From an uncultured Acidobacteriota bacterium (GTDB taxonomy: Bacteria; Acidobacteriota; Thermoanaerobaculia; Multivoradales; JAHEKO01), in contig CAVQNG010000004.1 in assembly GCA_963713825.1 (NCBI GenBank), positions 32,001-96,000 on the forward strand: a DNA stretch of 64,000 nt, in the 5' to 3' direction. Position numbers and translations under genes: made by a program. Below are positions 7,115 to 15,339 of this stretch, in pieces (position 1 is the first letter of the stretch; each line of letters opens with the position of its first letter). The notes under the pieces are model-generated. The model searched no databases, was not told the origin of the DNA, and saw only the letters and a list, made by a program, of their open reading frames with translations.

Positions 7115-7891
7115 GTGATGGACGAAACCGATCTGCAAGGGAGGACAGCCCTGATCACCGGCGCGGCCTCCGGCATTGGTCGTGCGATGGCGGAGCTCTT
7201 CGCTCATCACGGCGCTGCCATCTGCGCGGTGGATCTCGACGCTTCCGGCGCCAGGAAGGTGGCCAACCGCATCGCCAGTTCAGGTGGCGCCGCTCGAGCC
7301 GTCACCGCCGACGTGACTCGGAGCTCGGATTGCGAGAGGGCCGTCGAGGCGGCCCTGGAGCTCGGAAAAGGGCTCCATGTCCTCATCAACAACGCCGGCA
7401 TCATCCGGCGGGCTTCGGTTCTCGACACCGCGGAGGAGGACTGGGACCGGGTCATGGAGGTCAACGTCAAATCGATCTTCCTGATGTCGAAAGCCGCCAT
7501 CCCGCACCTGCAGAAGGCCGGTGGCGGCGCCATCATCAACACCTCCTCCGGCTGGGGACTTGTGGCCGGACCCCAGGCAGCTGCCTACTGCGCATCCAAA
7601 GGTGCTGTCGTTCAGCTCACGAAAGCCATGGCGATCGACCACGGGCCCGATGGCATTCGTGTCAACTGCATCTGCCCCGGCGACACCGACACGCCGCTAC
7701 TGCACCAAGAAGCCCGAGAGCTCGGCGAACCTGAAGCGAGCTTTCTCGCCGGGGCCGCGAGCCGCCCCCTGCAAAGGGTCGGCTCTCCTGAGGAGATCGC
7801 TCAGGCGGCCCTCTTCCTGGGCAGTGACGCCTCGTCTTTTGTCACCGGAGCTGCGCTGGTCGTGGACGGCGGCGGGCTCGCCGGTGGTTGA
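7115..7891 (+). CDS. SDR family oxidoreductase
   Basis: TGAASGIG, NNAG, YCASK, RVNCICPG. Confidence 0.92.
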   Translation: MMDETDLQGRTALITGAASGIGRAMAELFAHHGAAICAVDLDASGARKVANRIASSGGAARAVTADVTRSSDCERAVEAALELGKGLHVLINNAGIIRRASVLDTAEEDWDRVMEVNVKSIFLMSKAAIPHLQKAGGGAIINTSSGWGLVAGPQAAAYCASKGAVVQLTKAMAIDHGPDGIRVNCICPGDTDTPLLHQEARELGEPEASFLAGAASRPLQRVGSPEEIAQAALFLGSDASSFVTGAALVVDGGGLAGG

Positions 7892-7893
7892 TA

Positions 7894-7953
7894 GCCCTGC
7901 CCCTACTGCCCTAAGCCCCTACTGCCCTAGGCCCCTAAGCCCTTAAGCCCTGG
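7894..7953. repeat. Intergenic short tandem repeat, GCCC(C)TA-type units; G-rich on the minus strand
   Basis: Eight C-tracts; 16-bp unit GCCCCTACTGCCCTAR x2 followed by 7-8-bp variants, filling the gap between convergent genes. Confidence 0.85.
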
Positions 7954-9330
7954 TCAAGCCAACCCGAGGTCCTCGAGCGCCAGGGCCGTTTCTCCCAGAA
8001 TCTCCTCGTCGGACTCTTCTGCACCGAGGTCGAAGAGGGCCTCTCCGACTTCACCCACGATCGTTTCCTGAACACTGGGAGATTCGTTCACCAGGGCTTG
8101 ATTCAGCCATCCAACGGATCGCCTCGGCTTGCACGCGGAGAGACGCTGAATCGCTTGTATGTAACGCTCCGCTACCCGATCCGGAGCGTGCTGAGCCAGG
8201 ACCCAACGTCTCGCGTTCGCTCCCAACTGAGCTCGGAGGGCCGGCTCCTCGGCCAGCGCCCAGAGGGCAGCCAGGAGAAGCTTTTCCTCGTGGTCGTCCA
8301 CCGGCACTCTGACGACAGAATCATCCGGTACTTCGCCCAACCATCCCACATCCGACACGATCACTGCCTGCCCAAGGCCCAACAAGCGCAATGCTGTCCC
8401 TGAAGTCTCGCCTCCAGAGGGGTGCCGCAAATTCACAGCTACGTCGACCGCCTGCATGTACTCGACGAAGCGGTCCATGCCCTGCCTCCCCGTCACCACG
8501 ACACCTTGCCCGAGGTCGCCCGCCAACAGGCTCTCGAGACCCTGGAACGGAGAGGTGTCACCCACCAGGTAGAGACGGGCCTCGGCGACTCTCCGGCGCA
8601 GACTGGCAAAGGACGCCAGTACCACCTCCAACCGCTTGGCTTCGGACATCAGACCGAAGGAGGCGACGACGAATGCCGACTCGGGTATGCCGAGTCGCTG
8701 CCGGAGAGCCGTGCGCTCACCTGCCGGAAGAGGATCCATCGAGCTGTCGCGCAGTAGAAGGTGCGGCACCACCTCGATCTTCGCCTTGGGCCGACTGGCT
8801 CGAATCCTGTCCCGGGCCGTCTGGTTGTGCACGATAACGCCCTGGCTGACATCCACAATAGGCTCGAAGAGTGGATAGCCCCAGAGGTCGCGCTGCGCAC
8901 CGGTTCCCAGGTATCGACGAGCCAGGGACTCGCCTTTCTCGCCATAGACGGCCCGCATGAGTCCGACCCATTCCGGCGCTCGACGACGATCGATCGTGAT
9001 GCCCCGGATCAGATGCTGCAGCATGAACTCGTGGAGCACGACGATGCCAGGCTCTTGCAGTGCCATCTCATAGATCGCACCGTGGAAGCCGGGCTCGTTG
9101 CCGATCTGGTAGAGCGTCGCGTCGCGCTGGGTCCAACTCGTCAGCTCCGACAGGGGCGCCACCGTGTATCGGCGTTGCAGCGCGGTGGACACCGGGGCGC
9201 CTCCAGCGCTGAACAGCCGTATCTCCGCGCAATGCGGCTCGAGCTCCGAAAGGAGTCCGGCGCTGTAGTCCGCAATCCCCGAATGGGCCGGCGGCAGCGG
9301 ACTGCAGTAGGCAAGGCGTAAGGAGCTCAT
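7954..9330 (-). CDS. GT4 family glycosyltransferase
   Basis: SPLPPAHSGIADYS, YQIGN..FH, VVLHE, NLRHPSGGETSG. Confidence 0.85.
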   Translation of the reverse strand: MSSLRLAYCSPLPPAHSGIADYSAGLLSELEPHCAEIRLFSAGGAPVSTALQRRYTVAPLSELTSWTQRDATLYQIGNEPGFHGAIYEMALQEPGIVVLHEFMLQHLIRGITIDRRRAPEWVGLMRAVYGEKGESLARRYLGTGAQRDLWGYPLFEPIVDVSQGVIVHNQTARDRIRASRPKAKIEVVPHLLLRDSSMDPLPAGERTALRQRLGIPESAFVVASFGLMSEAKRLEVVLASFASLRRRVAEARLYLVGDTSPFQGLESLLAGDLGQGVVVTGRQGMDRFVEYMQAVDVAVNLRHPSGGETSGTALRLLGLGQAVIVSDVGWLGEVPDDSVVRVPVDDHEEKLLLAALWALAEEPALRAQLGANARRWVLAQHAPDRVAERYIQAIQRLSACKPRRSVGWLNQALVNESPSVQETIVGEVGEALFDLGAEESDEEILGETALALEDLGLA

Positions 9331-10373
9331 ACCGGCAAGGTTGCGGTCAGCCCATCGATCACCCGATCCCAGGAGACATCGGCGATCGCCTCCTTGCCCT
9401 TCTCACCCATCGTCTGAGCCCGGGAGCGGTCCTCGAACAGCGCATCGAAGGCGCGGGCGAAGTGCCTCGGCTCCGCGGCACTGCAGATCCAGCCGTTGAC
9501 GCCGTCACGCACGAATTCCAGAACGCCACCGGAATCAGCTGCCGCAACGACGGGTTTCAGCGCACCGAAGGCCTCCAGCGTTACGAAGCCATAGTCTTCA
9601 TCGTAGGGAGCGTGAAAGACACCGAGGCACTGGGCATAGTGATCCAGGAGCTCCTCATCGTCGACCCAACCCAGTAGCTCGACTTTGTCACCGAGCCCCT
9701 CTGCGGTGATCAGTGACGCCAGTGTCTCGCCGAGCGGACCGGTTCCAGCGATCTTGCCCTTGACGCCGGACCGGGTGTACTTGAAGGCTCGGACCATGGC
9801 CTCGACCCGCTTCATGTCGTCCAGTCTGCCGGCAAAGAACACGTAGTCCCCGTAGCCATCGCATCGCAACTGATCCGCGAGCTTCGGTGGCGGGTACAGA
9901 GTCTCCGCTTCCAGACCGTTGTGCGCTTCGAGCCGACGCGCCACGTTGTGGGCGATCGCGAAGAGACCCCGCGCCTCACCCAAACCACGCCGATCCATCG
10001 CATGAATCGTCTCGACGACCGACCGGCTCTCAGGTCCGTGATCGAAGAATCCGTAGCGCGTTCCATCGAGATCGTACGCCTGGCGAAACTGGTGGTAGAG
10101 CCAGACGACTTTGTTTCTGTGGCGGATAAGGTAGGAAGGAAAGCGGGTCGCGATCACCAGATCGATCTCTTCACCTGCCGCCGTCTTGAGGTCGATCAGG
10201 CGCCAGGCCAGGCCACTCTTCAAGAGCTCCTGCTGACTGGACCAGTTGAAGGGGAGACGAATGTGATCGACTTCGAAACCTCGCCGCGACAACTCCTGTT
10301 CGAGAGTCTCGTCGAGAATCTCGGCGCCTCCATAAGAGAATGGAATCTTCGTCGAGCAGATGCAGACCCGCAT
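9327..10373 (-). CDS. GT4 family glycosyltransferase
   Basis: GGAEIL, IATRFPSY, GRLDDMKR, DEDYGFVTLEA. Confidence 0.88.
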   Translation of the reverse strand: MRVCICSTKIPFSYGGAEILDETLEQELSRRGFEVDHIRLPFNWSSQQELLKSGLAWRLIDLKTAAGEEIDLVIATRFPSYLIRHRNKVVWLYHQFRQAYDLDGTRYGFFDHGPESRSVVETIHAMDRRGLGEARGLFAIAHNVARRLEAHNGLEAETLYPPPKLADQLRCDGYGDYVFFAGRLDDMKRVEAMVRAFKYTRSGVKGKIAGTGPLGETLASLITAEGLGDKVELLGWVDDEELLDHYAQCLGVFHAPYDEDYGFVTLEAFGALKPVVAAADSGGVLEFVRDGVNGWICSAAEPRHFARAFDALFEDRSRAQTMGEKGKEAIADVSWDRVIDGLTATLPV

Positions 10374-10762
10374 TAGTCGCGTTCTCGCTCCAACGCCTCC
10401 ACTCGACGCTGCAGGTCACTGACTTCCCGCTGGAGTCGCTGGTTTCTCTTCACGACGTCACCGAAGCTCAGCGTGACATTGCGATTGAAGCCATTCTGCT
10501 GCCGCAAAAGAGGAACCGTGTACCACTTCAGGAAGAGATGCCGAAACAGCTTGCGGGAAAAGACGATCAGACCGCCGATGCCAGGCCTCGCGGAGACCGC
10601 TGGAGGCTCTTCCAGAAACTGACTGCTATCGAGCTCGTGCAGGCCGCTGCCATCCAAGGTCGGGTTCTGCCCAGCCAGCTGGGACCGTCGGCGCTCGATG
10701 CCTTCGCGGAGTCGCTCGACGACTGCGCTGTCGGTCTGGTCGCTACTGGACTCGTCCATCAC
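10373..10762 (-). CDS. Hypothetical protein with C-terminal coiled coil (polysaccharide-locus accessory)
   Basis: SARPGIGGLIVFSRKL...QQNGFN motif and heptad C-terminus; overlaps the downstream GT start. Confidence 0.6.
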   Translation of the reverse strand: MMDESSSDQTDSAVVERLREGIERRRSQLAGQNPTLDGSGLHELDSSQFLEEPPAVSARPGIGGLIVFSRKLFRHLFLKWYTVPLLRQQNGFNRNVTLSFGDVVKRNQRLQREVSDLQRRVEALERERD

Positions 10763-10783
10763 GTCTCTTTCTCAGGCCGAGTC

Positions 10784-10792
10784 ATTGTAGCA
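10784..10792 (-). promoter_or_regulatory. Extended -10 promoter (TGCTACAAT) for the glycosyltransferase block
   Basis: TGn-TACAAT on the minus strand about 22 nt upstream of the 10762 start. Confidence 0.5.
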
Positions 10793-10824
10793 GCGGGCGG
10801 CAACCCCACTGCCTCAATGCCCCG

Positions 10825-11931
10825 CTATGCCAGCTCGATCTGAATCCGGCGCAAGCCCTCTTTCAGATACTCCGGCTTGCCGCCCAACCAGATCCGCAGA
10901 TAGCCCTCCATGCCCAGATAGCTGCCCGGTACGACAAGCGTGTTCTGCCGCTGGCGAATCCGCTCACTGAGCTCGAGACTGGGGTAGTCGCCCGGATACT
11001 GCATGAAACAGATGGCCCCAGCCTGCGGCGCCACAAAAGAGAATCCTGCGCCCAGACCAGCCACCCATTCCGTCACGATCGCGAGATTCTCCTGCAGCAG
11101 AGCTCTGCCCCGATTGTAGAGAGCCTCCCGGTTCTTCTCGTCGACCGCGATGCGGGCGATGGCGTCGGAGAGCTTGCTCGGACAAATGGTCAGCGAGTCG
11201 TGCTGGGTCCAACACTCCTGCACAATCTCGTGTGGCCCAACGATCCAGCCAATGCGGGCACCGGGTATTCCATAGGCCTTCGACAGCCCACTATTGACGA
11301 TCACCCTGTCGCTCATCCCCCAGAAGCTCGTCGTCCGCTCACTGTGAATCTCGGCTCCCAGATACACCTCGTCGGCGATCAGGTAGGCCTCCATCTCCTC
11401 ACAGCGGGCCACGATCCGCTCCATGGCCGACTTCGACAGGACGGACCCGGTGGGATTGTTGGGATTGGACACATAGACCAGGCGAGTTCTGGGGTTGACC
11501 GCGGCCTCGAACTCCTCCCAATCAGGCTCCCAACCGTTCCTCTGAAGAAGATGGAACTTGTTGACCTTGCCGCCTAGACTGCGTGGCACTCCCCAGAGCT
11601 GCATGTAGTTGGGAACTTCGAGAGCGAACTCGTCCCCCTCCTCCATGAGACTCAGGGTGACCATGAAGTTGGCCTCCGAGGTGCCGTTCGTGACTTCGAT
11701 ATCGTCGATGCCGGCGCCTGGATAGAGCTTGGACAGAGCTTCTCGAAGCTCTGGAGTCCCGTTACCCTGACTGTAGGTGAGCGGCGTGTCGAGAGCCCAA
11801 TCGAGATCGAACCCCATTTCGACCAGTTCCCGGAGCGAGACCGGTAGAACACCACTCTCGCTCAAGTCGTACTCGACCACATTCTCCCAGGTCGACTGCA
11901 TGCGTTCCATCTCGAAAACTTCAATCTTCAT
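10825..11931 (-). CDS. Class I/II PLP-dependent aminotransferase
   Basis: NPNNPTG, ADEVY, SGLSKAYGIPGARIGW. Confidence 0.9.
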   Translation of the reverse strand: MKIEVFEMERMQSTWENVVEYDLSESGVLPVSLRELVEMGFDLDWALDTPLTYSQGNGTPELREALSKLYPGAGIDDIEVTNGTSEANFMVTLSLMEEGDEFALEVPNYMQLWGVPRSLGGKVNKFHLLQRNGWEPDWEEFEAAVNPRTRLVYVSNPNNPTGSVLSKSAMERIVARCEEMEAYLIADEVYLGAEIHSERTTSFWGMSDRVIVNSGLSKAYGIPGARIGWIVGPHEIVQECWTQHDSLTICPSKLSDAIARIAVDEKNREALYNRGRALLQENLAIVTEWVAGLGAGFSFVAPQAGAICFMQYPGDYPSLELSERIRQRQNTLVVPGSYLGMEGYLRIWLGGKPEYLKEGLRRIQIELA

Positions 11932-11933
11932 TT

Positions 11934-13013
11934 CTATCTCCCCCCAGTATCGTCGCCTAAGGACTCAGTAACGGTGATGAGATCGCCCAGCACTCCGTAG
12001 ACGGTGTCTTTGACGCTGGGATTATCTTGTACCACCACGATCGGCGCCATCAGATCGGTCGAGATTCGCAACGCGTTGCCGGTTCCCGAGATCGACCACA
12101 GCGGATGTCCGACCGGCACAGTCTCGACGCCAACCTTCGCCGCCACGCCGCCGTCCTGGCGCCAAGCTCGACAGATCAGCTTGAGCTTGTCGCCTCGCAC
12201 GCCGACTTCCTGCAGGTCAGCGAGAGTCACATCCTCGATACCTCTGCGCTCCACCTGCGAGGGATCGATGTCCGCCCCCATGAAGGCATTGGCCAGAACG
12301 CAGGTCTTCGCCGTCGCATCCCAGCCTTGCAGATCGAGAGTCGGATCGGCCTCTGCAAAGCCCTGCAGCTGGGCCAGCTCCACTGCCTCTTGAAGGCCAA
12401 GGCCCTCTTCCATGCGCGACAGAACATAGTTGGTCGTCGAGTTCAGGATGCCCTCCAGGGCCTCGATTCGACAGCCTCTCAAGGTGTGGCGGACCAGGTT
12501 CAGCACTGGTGCTCCGTCCATGACGGTGGACTCATGGAGGAGCAGCACCCCTCGTGATGCGGCCAGGTTCATGAGGTCCCGATAGGCATACGCGAAGGGC
12601 CCCTTGTTGGCGGTGACCACGTGCCTCGAGCGCTCGAGAGCAGCACGAATGTGGGAGATGGCGGGCTCTCCTCTATGCTCGATGGAGAGAGGAGTCAGCT
12701 CGACCAGGGTGTCGTAGTCGAGCTCCTGAGCCGCTCGCAGGCTATCGAGCGCCGCGGTGTCGGGATTCTGGACCGAGAAGCGGCCCGCCCCTTCGAGCTC
12801 CGAGAGGGCCCGCACTAGATCGACACCCGATTCACACGCTACCGAGCCTCGGGTCCCCGTGGTGATGCCGACAATCTGGATGTCCAGGGATGCCAAGCCC
12901 GGATATCGATCTCGCTCGATCGCCAGCGTTCGAATCAGGCCCCGCCCCACATTGCCACACCCCAAGAGCAGGATCTTCAGAGGAGCTTTCCGAGCGTTTT
13001 CCAATCGACACAT
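11934..13013 (-). CDS. hom: Homoserine dehydrogenase (no ACT domain)
   Basis: LGCGNVG, HVVTANKGP, ESTVMDGAP, GILNSTTNYVL, GFAEADP..DLQGWD; start uncertain (13013 or 13004). Confidence 0.85.
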   Translation of the reverse strand: MCRLENARKAPLKILLLGCGNVGRGLIRTLAIERDRYPGLASLDIQIVGITTGTRGSVACESGVDLVRALSELEGAGRFSVQNPDTAALDSLRAAQELDYDTLVELTPLSIEHRGEPAISHIRAALERSRHVVTANKGPFAYAYRDLMNLAASRGVLLLHESTVMDGAPVLNLVRHTLRGCRIEALEGILNSTTNYVLSRMEEGLGLQEAVELAQLQGFAEADPTLDLQGWDATAKTCVLANAFMGADIDPSQVERRGIEDVTLADLQEVGVRGDKLKLICRAWRQDGGVAAKVGVETVPVGHPLWSISGTGNALRISTDLMAPIVVVQDNPSVKDTVYGVLGDLITVTESLGDDTGGR

Positions 13014-13121
13014 CCCCTTTTCACGGCCTCTTCCCCAACGCAACTACGACGCCAGCGCGACGCACAGTTCTTGTAGACTTGCATCTCCTGCTAGGACGTT
13101 CAAGGGGGGGCTTCTCGAGTC

Positions 13122-13991
13122 ATGTCCAAATCCTTCGGTGGCCAGAACATGTTCGAACCACTACGGCGGGTCCTGGTCAAGCGCCCGGACAAAGCCTTCG
13201 CAGTCGAAGACCCCGACCGCTGGCACTACGTTGCCGGTCCTGACCTGGAGCGTGCCCAGCAAGAACACGACTCCTTGGTGGAGACCCTGCGCCAAGCGGG
13301 CACCGAAGTCCTGCCCCACGAGGAGCTTCAACCCGATCGAGCCGACGCCATCTACGTGTTCGATCCGATCCTGCTCACCGATCACGGAGCCGTGGTGCTC
13401 AGCATGGGCAAGGACCTGAGACGAGGGGAGGAGGAGTGCCTGGCCCAACGCCTGAGGGAGCTGGGTGTTCCGACCCTCTTCAGCCTCGAAGGCGACGCCC
13501 GCGCCGAGGGTGGCGACCTACTGTGGCTGGATGAAACGACCTTGGCCGCCGGAATCGGGTTTCGGACGAACCAGGAAGGTGTTCGGCAACTGAGAACCGG
13601 CCTCGAGCCCTTACGTATCGAGGTCAGAGCGTTCGAGTTGCCCTACTTCACCGGCCCCGAGGCCTGCCTGCATCTGCTGTCGCTCATCAGCCTTCTCGAT
13701 CACGATCTGGCCGTTGTCTACCCACCCCTGATGCCAGTTCCCTTTTGGCAGGAGCTCGAAGCGAGAGGATTCCAACTCGTCATCGTGCCCGAGGAGGAGT
13801 TCGAAACCATGGGTACCAATGTGCTGGCTCTGGGACCCAGAGACTGTCTGGTCCTCGAAGGCAATCCGGTGACTCGAGAGCGCCTCGAAGAGGCCGGCTG
13901 TCGCGTCGTCTCCTATCAGGGCAACGAGATTTCCCTGAAGTGCGAGGGAGGGCCGACCTGTCTGACACGGCCTCTGCTTCGGCGACCCTGA
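13122..13991 (+). CDS. Amidinotransferase / dimethylarginine dimethylaminohydrolase (pentein) family protein
   Basis: DAIYVFDP, RRGEE, AEGGD, RTN, LHL, GGPTCLTRP (catalytic Cys). Confidence 0.85.
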   Translation: MSKSFGGQNMFEPLRRVLVKRPDKAFAVEDPDRWHYVAGPDLERAQQEHDSLVETLRQAGTEVLPHEELQPDRADAIYVFDPILLTDHGAVVLSMGKDLRRGEEECLAQRLRELGVPTLFSLEGDARAEGGDLLWLDETTLAAGIGFRTNQEGVRQLRTGLEPLRIEVRAFELPYFTGPEACLHLLSLISLLDHDLAVVYPPLMPVPFWQELEARGFQLVIVPEEEFETMGTNVLALGPRDCLVLEGNPVTRERLEEAGCRVVSYQGNEISLKCEGGPTCLTRPLLRRP

Positions 13992-14021
13992 CGTCGCTCT
14001 ACCGGCAAGCCCCGAGCCTCC

Positions 14022-15287
14022 ATGAACTCCCTCGAGAAGCAAGTCCTCGACGCCATCGACTTCGAGGGCCTGCTGAGCTTTCTGGAGCGCCTGATCGCCA
14101 TTCCGAGCTGTGACGGCCGGGAGACTTCGGCTCAGGAGGCGGTGGCGCTCCACATGGAGGCTTGCGGCCTGGAAGTCGATACCTGGGAGCTCGACTTCGA
14201 ACAACTGCAGAAGCACCCAGCTTGCTTCCAGGAAGTCCACCGTGAGCATGGACTCGGTGTCGTCGGCAGCCTCGGCGGGGTGGGTGCTGGTTCGGACCTG
14301 ATCTTCAACGGCCACATCGATGTCGTACCGGCAGGCGATCCGACGAATTGGAGCTGCCCGCCCTGGCGAGGCACCCTGAGTTCGAACCAGATGTATGGTC
14401 GGGGCGCGGCGGACATGAAGGGAGGGCTCTCCTGCGGCATCTATGCAGCCAAGGCCCTCCTCGATGCCGGAATCCGCCTCAATGGACGACTGCTCGTCGA
14501 AAGCGTGATCGGTGAGGAGGACGGCGGGGTCGGCACGCTCGCCACCCTCCTCCGGGGTCACCGAGCCGACGCGGCCATCATCATGGAACCGACCCGGCTG
14601 GCCGTCATCCCCGCCCAGGCGGGAGCCCTGAATTTCAGACTGACCGTCAAGGGGTTGTCGGCCCATGGCTGTGTGCGGGACGAAGGCGTCAGCGCCATCG
14701 AAAAGTTCCAGCCGATCTTCTCCGGCCTTCGCACCTTCGAGCTGAGGCGCAACAGGGGCAATAGCGACCCCCTTTTCGCCAACTACGCCCTCCCCTACCC
14801 CATCTCCATCGGGACCGTCTCGGCTGGCGACTGGGCCTCGACCGTACCGGAACAACTGGTGTGTGAGGGCCGCTACGGAGTTCGGCTCGACGAGGACCTG
14901 GGAACGGCGCGTCAGCAATTCGAAGAGACCCTGGCCCAGATCGCCAGTGAGGATCCGTGGCTGGCCGACCATCCGCCCGAGATCGAATGGTGGGGCGGCC
15001 AGTTCGCACCGGCGGAGACACCTCGAGATCACGCCATTCTCGAGAGCGTCTCCGAGGTCATTCGGGAGCTCACCGGCTCCAGTCCGCCCGTGGAAGGGGT
15101 GCCGTACGGCGCCGACATGAGGCTGCTGGTCAATGAAGGTAGGATCCCCACCATTCTATTTGGACCGGGGGACGTCCGACAGTCCCATCGCCCCGACGAG
15201 TTCGTGCCTTTGGACGATTTGCTACTGGCCACACGTGCTTTGACCCTGACAGCGATGCGGTACTGCGGCGTTGCTCAGGAAGGATGA
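14022..15287 (+). CDS. ArgE/DapE family (M20) deacylase
   Basis: FNGHIDVVP, GRGAADMKGG, GEEDGG, HRPDE. Confidence 0.9.
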   Translation: MNSLEKQVLDAIDFEGLLSFLERLIAIPSCDGRETSAQEAVALHMEACGLEVDTWELDFEQLQKHPACFQEVHREHGLGVVGSLGGVGAGSDLIFNGHIDVVPAGDPTNWSCPPWRGTLSSNQMYGRGAADMKGGLSCGIYAAKALLDAGIRLNGRLLVESVIGEEDGGVGTLATLLRGHRADAAIIMEPTRLAVIPAQAGALNFRLTVKGLSAHGCVRDEGVSAIEKFQPIFSGLRTFELRRNRGNSDPLFANYALPYPISIGTVSAGDWASTVPEQLVCEGRYGVRLDEDLGTARQQFEETLAQIASEDPWLADHPPEIEWWGGQFAPAETPRDHAILESVSEVIRELTGSSPPVEGVPYGADMRLLVNEGRIPTILFGPGDVRQSHRPDEFVPLDDLLLATRALTLTAMRYCGVAQEG

Positions 15288-15339
15288 AGGAAGCATCCGC
15301 CGCCGTCAGGGCGGCATCTGTTGATTCCAGGAGGGAACC

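Noticed and set aside
7894-7953. CRISPR array or true telomere
   Set aside because: Units are 7-16 bp with no spacers, no cas genes are present, and the site is internal
13611-15032. Long antisense ORFs (e.g. 473 aa here, 445 aa at 29359-30696, 406 aa at 59945-61165)
   Set aside because: Shadow frames of well-supported genes, expected in high-GC DNA; no motifs
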